From assembly GCA_002633005.1 (NCBI GenBank), contig NMRA01000043.1, forward strand, positions 338,018 through 402,017: 64,000 nucleotides of DNA, in the 5' to 3' direction. The first letter of the stretch is position 1, and each line of letters starts with the position of its first letter. Positions 12,601-23,776 of the stretch are shown piece by piece. The notes beneath the pieces are model-generated. The model searched no databases. It saw only the letters and a program-made list of their open reading frames with translations, and was not told the DNA's origin. Source of the stretch: Phoronis australis. Its lineage: Eukaryota > Animalia > Phoronida. The position numbers were made by a program, and so were the translations under genes.

Positions 12601-14839
12601 TTTCGTATTTTTGTTACAGTTTTTCAGTACAGCGCCACCTAGAATAAAGGACTCTTTTCATGATTTACGGTGTGCCGGTAGATATAATGCGACGGACACC
12701 AAAAGCCAGGCTCGTAAATAATAAAAATGTCATGAAGTGCCGCAGAATTAGTCGAATTCGTCCGAAAATGAGAAGGCATTGTAGAAGTGTATCTGACAAA
12801 TTTCACGAAATTCCGTCAAGTGAGTAACTGAACTCCGAAGGTACAGAGGAAGCGTATACTAGAATTACTTCACAACGGTAGTCGTAGTCATCTGTCGTCA
12901 GCTCCACTGGAACACATTTGTCTACTTTCATCGAGATCCTCTAAGGGTTTTGGAGATGTAGCAGCCTAGGCAGAGATAACGATATTATGCACCTACAAAA
13001 ATGTGCCGCACAACAAACCATCCTTTCGTGAAGGTTTTCCCCAACATGATAATATCTTTCTGTAGGTGTTTGCAAAATGCTTACCTACTGAATAAAAACG
13101 TTTGATCGGTTTGTGTTCGTTTTCCACGAAACAAATCTTAATAAAATGTTAATTGCTGCTCCACAGTTCTGGTGGAGAAAGAAGACCCTTTTGAATGGCT
13201 CTAACCTAAAGGTGAGCTCTCTTGCAGCAAATTTAATCGGACAGGCACTCTTTTTTTATTCAATATAATAGGTGCAGTACAGATCACACAATTACAGGTG
13301 CTTTTTGTTCTAGTCAAGGAACAGTTAAGGTGTTAACTTACAGTGCTAATATGCACAAAGGTAATTTGACAATGGAGGAAAGATAAACACAGTAGATGCT
13401 AGGATTCATTAGACTACGCAAACAAGGTCAACACCTCGCCAGCGCTCTATAAATTCACAGTACTTCATTTTGTTTATATATATAAACCGTTCAGTAGAAA
13501 TGTAGAAAGCAACTTCCTTTTTAAACATTGCAAGGCACGGATGTTTGCACTTCAATCTTTGTTTATAAATGTGATATTTTCCGAGGGAAAGAATCATACT
13601 TTGTAAAATTGCCTCACCTGAACACCAAACAGAACTGATTTGACAGACAGCTCTAAACTAATTCCAACAGCATCTTCGAGCCAGTTATTTACATTATTCC
13701 AAAACTGCTGAGTTACATTACAAGACCAGTACACATGGACAATAGATTCAATTTCACTTAAGCAAAAAGTGCACAATGGGCTATCAGTTACGCCAATCTT
13801 GTATAAAAATTCATTACAGCCTATGATTCTGTAAATCAGCCTAAACTGGAACCATCTCAGAGAAGCATCTTCTGTGAATGAATGGATGTAAGAAAAAACA
13901 TTGTACCACCATTCTGCAGTATCAGGGAGATTTATTTTTTTACTCCACTTCATTTGACACTTTGTTTTTCCTCAATTCTGAGAGACAATAACGTGGTAAA
14001 TTTTATCTACTCCTTTGACATCTCCCAAATAACTTCAATGTATCGTGGACGACGCGGTAAAATTACTTGATGCTTTCCCTCTCTGAGATGACTCCAGCTA
14101 GCATATAATGAGCTTCGTAGACCGTAAAATAAAGTTACTTGAGGGGTAAAGTCAAATTTCTGTATAAACTCCTCATAATTAAGGAAACAACCATCAGAAT
14201 TAAGTAAGTCGTGTACACGAGTTCTGCCTTTTTGATACCACCGTTAATGGAAAACAGGCTTGTTATCTATCAGTATATTCGAACTAAACCATAGAGGCTG
14301 ATAAATACCATCGTTTTCAAAAGAATCTGAATTCATGGACACATTGAAAGACCTCTTTCCAAAATACATTAGAGGTCATCTTTGAAAAATAGAAATCCCC
14401 GAACATTAAGTAATTCTCTGAAACTCTTGATAACAGACCATTTGCTAAAACTGCCCATGGACTTGTAGTACGTACTTTGACAAAGTCAGGCACTCTTTGA
14501 GTCTATACGAGGGAAAGAAAGCTACTTACCAAACTTTACGCCTGGTATGAAATTATCTGCATTCAATTTTTTTAATGCGAAAACAAACGCTTCAAGGTTT
14601 TGAAACGACGCTGCATCTATTGGGGTTGAGCAGACCTCTGTTCCGCTACCAGGGCCAGGCTTCAAACGAAGCGGGAAGAAACCTCCTAACATAATGTCTC
14701 CGTTCATCTTCAACATCTTTTGACTTTCGCACGAATTGCCATTCACAAAGGTGGTTGTTAGGGCGCATATCATCGAAGCAAGCAACACCGAAAGTTGATT
14801 TGACATCCAACGATTTCCATGTCTGGAATCCGCTGCCAT
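2799..14839 (-). CDS. Class C GPCR (mGluR/CaSR-like) with three tandem Venus flytrap (ANF_receptor) domains and a 7TM; ~1738 aa, 10 exons
   Basis: Hand-spliced exons, all GT-AG and phase-compatible: 14839-14530, 11426-11301, 10583-10414, 9716-9506, 9232-8652, 8455-8322, 7963-6351, 5907-5714, 5131-4205, 3749-2799; total 5217 nt = 1738 aa + stop. Hydrophobic signal peptide. VFT motifs GDIMLGGFFP / WDTC / LSDKTEHPYFSRTV / NPWFSEYW, repeated as VIAGLFGV / LNTC / LSDKEKYPHFVRT / NIWLKDYWQYKFKC and FLGMVPIH / FDDC / DPWMSQFWQEHFKC. 7TM has class C motifs FYHEAK (cf. FNEAK) and VPRL (cf. PKxY). The exact C-terminus is uncertain (possible donor AAG|GTTGGA near 2820). Confidence 0.9.
3700..6510 (-). 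other. VFT domain 3 (end of exon 7 to start of exon 10)
   Basis: FLGMVPIH...C...AMEFAA...G|YLIFDDC...FGGYS...AMIDFLKEVRWSHVS...VVVLF...DPWMSQFWQEHFKC...TIDGI...FDSNGH...VGVW. Confidence 0.85.
6600..7963 (-). other. VFT domain 2 (entirely within exon 7)
   Basis: VIAGLFGVN...[33 protein letters not shown]...IGP...LSDKEKYPHFVRT...GESG...WIGTSHWG...IDAVLAFAHALH...VSFDMFGN...KVGSW. Confidence 0.92.
11502..11661. mobile_element. ~160-bp MITE in GPCR intron 1
   Basis: TIR CAGAGGCGGATCTACG / CGTAGATCTGCCACTG; 5-bp direct repeat ACTTT on both flanks. Confidence 0.7.
13254..14486 (-). mobile_element. 5'-truncated non-LTR retrotransposon (L1/Tx1-like ORF2 3' end) in GPCR intron 1
   Basis: ORFs 13594..13953 and 13409..13597 (frameshifted) encode an RT C-terminal zinc knuckle: FQFRLIYRII...PLCTFC...ESIVHVYWSC. 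AATAAA plus A-tail at 13251-13260 on the minus strand. 12-bp TSD CAGGCACTCTTT at 13242-13253 and 14487-14498. Confidence 0.85.
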
Positions 14840-15280
14840 TTTTGTTTGTCAGTGATGTGAGTTTGCTAAGTTGTGTGCTCAAAATAACCTTTCGCTTTAT
14901 ATTGTGAGGATGAATGTACCTTTTGTTCGTGTAAGCGCTCTGTCAAGTTTCGTACACTAGGTGAACTAGAGGTTGATGACCCGTAAACAACATACCTTCA
15001 CTTGATGGTTGTGTAATTCATGAGAAAAATAGGTGATGTAGAGTCCAAGGCCTATAGTTGCTGGCTCATACATTTAAACTGAACGACTGAGGCCGCGTTC
15101 CCGTCCGAGAAGCGAACTTAGATTTAGACTAGTTACGGCTATGAAATTCAGTGGTCTGAACTTATGCGCCATACTACAATGAAAAGTGATTTCAGGATTT
15201 CCAGGCTAACATTTCGCTATTTTTGAAACCATGCTCGGCCCATGAAATGTCACGCCGGCAGACGTCACATGAATCCTAAT

Positions 15281-15342
15281 TGTATAACCTAGTCTCAAAC
15301 AATAGCGAACTGTATAACCCAGTCTCAAACAATAGCGAACTG
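15281..15342. repeat. 30-bp tandem duplication
   Basis: TGTATAACC(T/C)AGTCTCAAACAATAGCGAAC x2. Confidence 0.85.
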
Positions 15343-15431
15343 TCAGCTCTTTCCCGAAATTACCTCTAATTTAACTGAGGAATAATTTGAGGTCAATTTC
15401 ATACTAGGCAAGTGGAAAACTCAATTTTTTT

Positions 15432-15946
15432 GGCCCTTTCATACTAACGTCGGCGATGTTTATGGAGCTGCACTCATGCACTATGAGCGGTTAACTTTGG
15501 TTCTGAATCGAGGTTTACAGCGCCAGTTACTAAGTTCGCTGTAAACAGGTGGATTAACAGCGGAGCGTCGACGATGCGGGGCAGTATGAACGGTCAATTC
15601 CGGTCTCATCGAAGTTATCGCCAGGAGCTACTGCTATCGTCAACAATTAAAGGCCATTGTTGTCGCTAATAGTTGCTTATATTTTGCTCGAATAATCATC
15701 AATCAAATTGAATAAGTTTTACGTCAATATGCACATGTAGATGTTCTTTAATTGTCACTTTAAAAAAATCTTGGCGCGCACGGGATACATCAGCGCTACC
15801 CGTTGCAATTACTTCAATGACGACCGTGTCACCTACCGTTTACTTCGATGTCGTTAACCACCGAAGCTGGTATGAACGATTCAATTGACTTCGCAGTTTA
15901 CAAGGAATCTCCGCTCATTTCGTAGTTAAGTTAGTATGAAAGGGCC
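15432..15946. mobile_element. ~515-bp PIF/Harbinger-like MITE just upstream of the GPCR start codon
   Basis: Perfect 17-bp TIR GGCCCTTTCATACTAAC / GTTAGTATGAAAGGGCC, flanked by TTT on both sides. Confidence 0.75.
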
Positions 15947-17769
15947 TTTTGAGATAGAAAGGCGGGTTTACTAGCCACTTTGCAGGCAGCATCTATGAAA
16001 AGACTCCGATTTGTTGGGCAGAGGTTTTATACCGTAACAAAACCGTTTGGTCAGTAAATGTCTTAAAGTCAACTGTTCACTTTAGAATTAAAACCGAATG
16101 AACAACGTGTTTACAGAATTGAATAGAATTCGAAGCCCTAAGTACTGTTGCACACTTACCGAATCCGTCGTTGGACGACCGTCGACTCTCGACTCAAAAG
16201 CCCAAAATGACCACGGATCATGATCGGTTCTTGATTGTAATACATACACTAACCTTGGAGAAAATATACATGTACGGACATGTATAACTGTAAGGACACG
16301 TCCGTATATAAATTTATGAAGCTCATGTCAACAATTGATCATGAACAATTCTAAATATGTTTTCTCAGCTTTTCAACTCCGCGAGAACTTGTTATGCGTC
16401 GGTTTTTGAACTATGAGCCGATGGCCTTTATGACAAAGCTAAAATTGATTGATAAATTGATCGATTGATTAAAGTTCTAAAATGTCTAATAAGGATGGAT
16501 ATTTAAAAACCTGTGATATTTTGTACACAATGTCCCTCTTTATAGATCATGTCAAGCCCACTGTTTAAAACTTACGTTACTACTTGAGTACGGTTTTACT
16601 TTCGCCTGGCTAAATGAGGAAATTGGTTGTAAACAATTACTTACGGAAGATTTTAAGCAACATTGATATTGACATCCAACCTCGGTATCTAACTATGGGA
16701 AGACAAGAGGTATTACCAAAGTGTGCGAAGTGTGTATAAAATTTTCATAGGTGAATTCGTGTTCCAAAATACGCACTTTTCTCCGCCATGGGGTATTAGC
16801 ACGGATTCTGCGAAAGAAAGACGTGCGTTGATTAGAGCCAGGCAATAGGATAGTTACGCTTGCCGTGTTATTGGAGCAATGTGGGAATTGAAACACATAA
16901 TTATACTGTTGGAATGTTCTCAATATGGCCCTAGAACGCCAACTTGATCTCGCGCTGCTGAGGTTGTGCAGTGCAGGCGTGTCATATGCTAGCATTCTTT
17001 CCGGTGTTGGCTATTCCTACAGAATTTACTGTCACTGAAACTTTTCGCAACACCGCTGTTTTTCAACCGAATTACATAAGAGTCATATCATAAGAAAGCC
17101 ATTTGTCAGTTCATGATGATGTATGATTATAGCAGAAGCAAACGATAATAATTTAATTCATAAATAATCGTCATTTCGCGTACGTTTAAAAAATAGGAAA
17201 TCAACCCGAAATGTTTTATAGATGATTAATTAATCCAGCAGGTAATAATTTGAAATGAATCAAAAGATTGCTACCCTATCAAGACAAAGATTTTAGAATA
17301 TGGATCCCTCACAGTTGCTGTGAAGAATTTAGTCAGGCATTCATCTAAAATTATATATCTTAATAATTGTACCTTTGATGCCGTTTGATACCGGTGTTCT
17401 GTAAAAATTCAGAATGCAGTGACATTCAAATAATGTGATAAACTAATTATTACAACTACCTGTCCGAAATTTGCAGATAGGACTAAAGGCTTTCTGATAG
17501 ACAGAAAACGAGCAAACATCTATTGTGTAGGATTGAAATGTGCTGTGGATAGATTACTACACAGGCAGCATTGTAGGTCTTTCCATAGTAGTTTGTAAAT
17601 AACTGAACTCATTTGTTCAGAAAGTAAAAATTAATTAATAATCCTGATACATGCAGTGTGTGTTACCATAAACAAGAGACATTGGAACATGTTTTTACAA
17701 TTGTGTTACTTAAGAACGTGGACTCTCGAAAATAACAATATTCACGACAAAGAGACGAATGAACACCTG

Positions 17770-20700
17770 GGCCCGGTCTCCAATCTTCGTGCTCAGACTC
17801 ATTCTCATACTCGAGATTTCATACTCAAAATCGTGCTCACTGGAGTCGTACTCAAAAAAGGGCGTATCTAATGTCGCATTTCGAGTAGACTCCAAACGCC
17901 AAACGTACTCAAATCTGAGATTCATACTCGAGTTGCTATGGAACTCTTTATGATGTGAAATGTAAAACCACACAAAGTCGCGCTGATTCATCATTCTCTA
18001 TTGGCATAGACCACCCCAGCAACTACATTATCGTCTGCTGTCGCTACAACTACAAGAGTAGGCCTATAACGTGGAATTCTGAGTGTTCTGTAACTGTTAT
18101 TCATTTTTTCAGTTTCAATACAATATTCTTAAACCATTTCTTTGATACATTTGACAATTATTAAGCTTTACTTCTTGAGTTTCTCATCTCTCGAAAATAT
18201 CTTAAGAAATTTGTAACAGCTTATCACATCAAAGAACCCCTTTTCTCTCTTGCTAATTTAGTATTGACATAGAACCCATTGCTGTGTAGGTGTACGCTGA
18301 TGTCAAAGCTTTGATACTGTATCTTTGTATTTTACCGGGATGTATCAAGTTAAATGACATTTGACGCGTGAATTAAAAAACAACACACGTGCAGGAATTC
18401 AGAGTTCAACAGTGAACGGGACGAGACGTCTACTTAGAAATCAGCAAACAAAATCTGGAATACCATTCGGGGATCAAGGAATTATAGATGACTAAACTAT
18501 GACATGAAATGTACCTGACAGGGAAGCGAACTTTATTTAACTTTCCTCACCTCCCCGTCTTTTGGAAACCCTACAAATCGTAGACACGCCTACTGAAATA
18601 AGTTATAAGGGCAGCACAAACTTCTCACACGACTTTTCCCACAACTGCTTTCGACATTTGTAATGACTCGCCGACAAGGGATTAGAATGCGCCTGTTGCC
18701 AGGAATCGTAGACTAAGGAGTTTATACATTGGCGGCGATGACATGCAGTGATACTGCGAGTTAATAAGGTGAAAAATAAGAAGATTTAAAATGAAAATTA
18801 TTATCTCTAAACTGAAATTGAAGCGCTGAAATATGGTAAGAGGACTTAATTTGCTGAGTCTGTTGGTGGCCTTTCGATATTTTGTTTTGTCGCTCGTATT
18901 TATTTTCGAGTACGATCAAGGAGTGTACTAGTACAGGAGAGTTCACTTCGCCATTTTACCATTCGCCACAATGGTTACCGTTCGAAACACTAGCGCCCCA
19001 AGCGGTGAATAATCAACACTTAGGAGCGCAGTCCGAACAATGTAAACACTGATGAATTCATACTTCAATGACATTCAACGTGCAATAAAACTACTGTGTG
19101 ACTAAAAATGGTTAGAATACATAAACTAACATCCACTTACAATAGAATGAGAAAGAAAATGTGTATTTTAATCAATATTAAAGTGTATTTGTTTTTATTC
19201 TCTTGAAGCTCCCTTCAAAATCCATCATGGTTTTGTTTCATGTTTGAGTGCTTAACACGGTAATTATCGTTCCTTATAACAGTTCATACCTCCATGGATT
19301 ACATAATTTGAATGATTTCTTCTGGGGGTTCAGAGGGGAATTGCCCCCAGGTGCCAGCTAAGGGGGTACCAGGCAAAAACCAGGTGGGCGCCAAATGGGT
19401 GTTGACCCCCTCGCAGGGGGGTTACATGGGAGGAGTGCTAAACAGGTAAAAACCAATGAGTATGTATGCCACATGGGTGTTGAGCCCCTCCCATCGCCAC
19501 ACATTTTGATTGCTCCCCTGACCATTGACAAACATGTTGCTCCCAGCTCACTGCTGGTTTCATCTCCACCCAACAATTTCGCATGTGTTCCCTATTCAAT
19601 GCACCAGGCTACTAGCAATGCAGACAATTGTTTTGTGCAGTGGGTGTTACACAAGTGAGAAGAAGAAAGCAAGACAATTCATCACTACCACAAAATTACA
19701 ATTTTAGGACATTCCAATACTTCTTAGACATGCCAGTATAGGGCTCAATTCCACTCTCCCACTCACCAACAGTCACTTGCTAATCTGTAGAATAGCTCAC
19801 AACTTACCAAATGAAGTAACATTGAGTATATCATCACTCATAACTATTCAGAGTTCAAAATATCATGACAAAAAATTAAGAGGTACTGAACAGCAATCAA
19901 AATATTCACTACCCACATAGCTTTATACAAAATTGAATTAAAAAGACTGATAAAACCAAAATTTTATTTTATATACCCACTGTTCCTATTAGTAAATATT
20001 TCAGGTAAGTTAAAACCAGAACACAAGATCATATCTGACACCTAGCCACAACTGGGGCTTAAATTAATCACAATCTCCAAAAACGTACAAAATAGGTAAC
20101 ACATACACCAACCAAATACAACAAGAAAATCTGACCAACCTTGTCACTCTCTATTAATTCACTAGTAAACAACAGCACTTTTCGCCAAAGAAATGTGTTA
20201 TAAATAAAGCTGAAAACTAACTTACTCTGAGAAATTTTATCATCGAGAAGCAAAATGATACGGATAGCTTGGGTTTAACAAAATTTCAGCCCACCACTCA
20301 GATTCTGAATGATCCATCAGTTTCATTTTGGCACTCTCCAAATCACAGGCTAACCATTCATAAAATTTTTCAATCTGATCAACCTTAGTAAAATACGAAA
20401 ACTAGATTTTGACTAATTGTCCTTTCTACACGTGATGTTCCAGTACTTGCTTTGTGAGACGATAATCAGAAATGCAAAAAAGCATATTCCAGAGCTGTAA
20501 TATAATTTCCGGAGAACTTTTTGACCCTGACATCTTCATTTTTGATGGATTCGGGACATCAAATATTGTTCGGGCGCTGCAGTCAGTACCAGCTTGTTCT
20601 TCATTCATGAACATGGACTCCTCGAAGTGATGAGAGCATAACTTGCAGTTCTTGGACAAATAGGATGCATATCTATTCATAACGTCAGCTCCCAGCGCTC

Positions 20701-23362
20701 GTACCTGAACAGAAATCAATGACTGAGAGACTCAGGAACAAACCTCATACTCACTAGGTTCACAGAAGACTGGTACACTACACTACATAATTGCTGTCGT
20801 ACAGTGATTGTGATAGAGACAAAAGTGTTTTGGTGTCAACTGAAAAAAACTCGGATTCAAGTGTTGATCCACGGATATTTTAACAGGGCCGCGCTTCCGC
20901 ATCATTGACACATAGAATTAATTTTTTAATGCCGCACTACATTAAAATTATGTTGAATTTTTCACCTTTTCACCGAGACCCACAGATTCTCTAACTTGAC
21001 TCATGACAGACTTGTGGCCCTGTGGCTGTGATTGTGCCATGGCCATGTCACCAGTCATATTACCCATGGGCATGGGCATGGGCATGGGTATGTTTTCCTA
21101 AAATTATCCCTGCGATCGTACGGGTGACATTTGGATTTGGAATTCATGGACTGCAAGTATCCAAAAAGCTGACGATCAAATTGTACGTTCCTTCCGCCGG
21201 CAGCCCGGCTGTACAGTATGCCTAGCCTACACTGTAGACAACAGTGGCAACGGGACTGCGACCGACTTGTCTAACAACAGTGAACAGAACACACAAAATG
21301 AAAGGCAGTGTATCATATTATTGAATAACAGATAATGCTTACCTTTCTGGATCCTTAGGAAACCTAAAAATGACACGTCTGGGGTTTTCGATGATGAATT
21401 CATGCAATTTATCGCACTGCAAAATGCGTCCTTCCCCATTGTTTTGGCGCTTCCTGGTTGACAGTTGCTTAGTCACCACTTGGCGGCGCTAGTAGTAGCG
21501 GTAACAGCGAACTCACAAGTGAACTCTCCTATACTACTAAACTCCTTGGTACGATTTCAAGCACACTGCCAGACCAAACTTGAAATTTGGAGCGTATACT
21601 CGGAATTTTACTCAAAATCTTACTCGAAATATAGATGAGATACGCTTCAGTTCGAGTATACTCGAAAATTGAGTACATGCTCGAAATTTCGAGAACAGAT
21701 TTTCGAGTATGACAATGAAAACCTACTCAATTTTCGAGTATACTCGAAATGAAGTGTATTTCATTTATATTTCCAGTACGATTTTGAGTAAAATTTCGAG
21801 TATATGCTCCAAATTTCAAGTTTGGTCTGGCAATGCTTGAAATCGTGCTCTAAAATAAATACGAGCGAGAGAACAAAATATCGAAAGGCCACCGAGAGAC
21901 ACAGCAAATCTAAAAAAATTAAGTCCTCTTACCATATTTCAGCGCCTCAATTTCAGTTCAGAGATAAGAGTTTTCATTTTATATCTTCCTATTCTTCACC
22001 TTTTAATAACCCGCCGTATCACTGCATGTCATCTCCGCCAATTTATAAATTCCTTCTCACTCTACGATTCCTGGTAACAGGCGCATTCTAATCCCTTGTC
22101 GGCGAGTCATTACAAGTGTCGAAAACAGTTGTGGGAAAGTCGTGTGAGAAGTTTGTGCTGCCCTTATTTCAGAAAGTATGCCTACGGTTTGTAGGTTTCC
22201 AAAAAACGAGGAGGCGAGGAAAGTTAAAAAAAGTTTGCTTCCCTGTCAGGTATTTCACATCAAAGTGTAATCATCTATAATTCCTGAATCCCCGAATGGC
22301 ATACCAAATTTTGTTTGCCGATTTCTAAGTAGACGTCTCGTCCTGTTCACTGATGAACTCTGAATGCCTGTAGGGGCCTACATGTAGTGTTTTTAACTCC
22401 CGCGCCAAATGTCGGTTAACTTGATACATAATGGTAAAATGCAAAGATAAAGTATCAGAGTTTTGACATCAGCGTAAGCCTAAACAGCAATGCCGGGTTC
22501 TATGTCAAGACTAAATTAGCAAGAGAACAGGGGTTGACCAAGAACCAAACAACTGCGGCCCAAAAATGTCGGCTGGAGTTTCGGGCTGACGTGGACAACC
22601 GGCTTACTAGAGAAGAACGCCACCGCTGGCAATTAAGGTACAAACTTTTGAAATTCGACCTCTTGTCAAAGTAGATGTGCAATTCGAACTCTCCCTTAAA
22701 AACGTTGGTTGCAGGCCTGTGATACGGTACCTGACCCCCGGCCCGGGGTCACCGGCCCACCACTGCTTCAATGCGAAAGAAAATTTCAATAGTTAGTGTG
22801 ACCGTGGCAATTTTAGGAGTAAATGTGTCAAGTATAGGGTAGAATGAACTCATTTTGCCCCCCTGGCTAAATCAGACACTGAGATTGTGGCTGCCCCGTT
22901 CCGGCAGTGACTTTCTTTGATGTGATGAGCTGTTACAAATTTCTTAGACATTATCGGGAAATGAGGAACTGAAGAAGTAAAGCTAAATAATTGGCAAATG
23001 TATCAAGAAATGTTATAAGAATATTGAAAAAATCAATAACAGATAAAGAACATTCATTGCATTATTTCTAAAACTTTGCATTTCCACGTTATAGGCCTAT
23101 TCTTGTAGTTGTAGCGACAGCAGACGACAGTTGTCAGGGTTTCAGCGCGACTTTGCGTGGTTTTGCATTTCACATCATAAAGAGTTCCATAGCAACTCGA
23201 GTACGATTCTCATATTCGAGTACCCGGTACGTTTGGAGTCTACTCGAAATGCGACATAAGATACGTTTTTTTGAGCACGACTCCAGTGAGCACGATTTTG
23301 AGTATGAAATCTCGAGTATGCGTATGAGTCTGAGTACGGAGATTGGAGACCGGACCCGGGCC
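17770..23362. mobile_element. Harbinger-like non-autonomous foldback element: two ~1.3-kb inverted arms, the left arm interrupted by a nested transposon
   Basis: Ends GGCCCGGTCTCCAATC...GATTGGAGACCGG(ACCCGG)GCC with CTG on both flanks. 17770-18916 plus 21549-~21677 is the reverse complement of ~21724-23362. Rich in TACTCGA/TCGAGTA subrepeats. Confidence 0.8.
18917..21548 (-). mobile_element. P-element-superfamily deletion derivative with a decayed THAP domain
   Basis: 32-bp imperfect TIR CAAGGAGT(G/T)TA(C/G)TAGTA(C/T)AGGAGAGTTCACTT. 7-bp TSD GTACGAT (18910-18916, 21549-21555), single-copy at the empty site near 24942. THAP remnants MGKDAFCSAINC...[frameshift]RFPKDPER (21439-~21342) and LCSHHFEESMF...TIFDVPNP (~20704-20545). 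Confidence 0.85.
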
Positions 23363-23776
23363 CTGTTTGACAGTTGTCAACATTCGGGACTGAAAGAAAT
23401 GAACAACTGGATTAAAAAGGGGGACTTCCGGATACAAAGCGGGCATCTGGGTCTATGCCTAAACGCAAGGGTGCAATGTTCACCGCAACACACAAAGACT
23501 TCCCGATAGCGTTTGTGTCGAGCAGGAGACGTTACACCCAAAGGCGCCCGCCGGCGTTTTTTGTTTATTTTTTTTAAATCAAAAGGGCAATTGCGAGTGC
23601 CTTAAAATTACGAGTCCCTCAAAAAACTATGAAACGTCCCGTTTTTTATTTCTAGTCCAACGGGAAATAGTGCTATGTCGCGTGGGAAATTATAGTAGTA
23701 TATGACATTATGATGGTGTGGCGGGATGGCGGGAAAAATTCAAAAAGTGGGATAGTTCGCCAAGAGAGGACAACTG

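Larger units (their letters stand above)
8400..14710 (-). other. VFT domain 1 (exons 1-6)
   Basis: GDIMLGGFFPLR...QNLEAFVFALKKLN...G|GIAWDTC...GIIGEKYS...QISGLSQATKLSDK...GWSHVS...NPWFSEYW...VVSAVFAFANAL...IYFDENGD...IGHF. Confidence 0.85.

Noticed and set aside
13409-13953. ORFs as extra GPCR exons or a host zinc-finger gene
   Set aside because: They are the frameshifted C-terminus of a LINE ORF2, bounded by a TSD and A-tail.
2799-14839. Three separate tandem mGluR-like genes or pseudogenes
   Set aside because: Only one signal peptide and one 7TM; VFT2 runs into VFT3 within one ORF; all exon phases are compatible with no internal stops.
20426-21439. Functional host THAP-domain gene
   Set aside because: Frameshifted in both exons and enclosed by TIRs and a TSD; a transposon relic.
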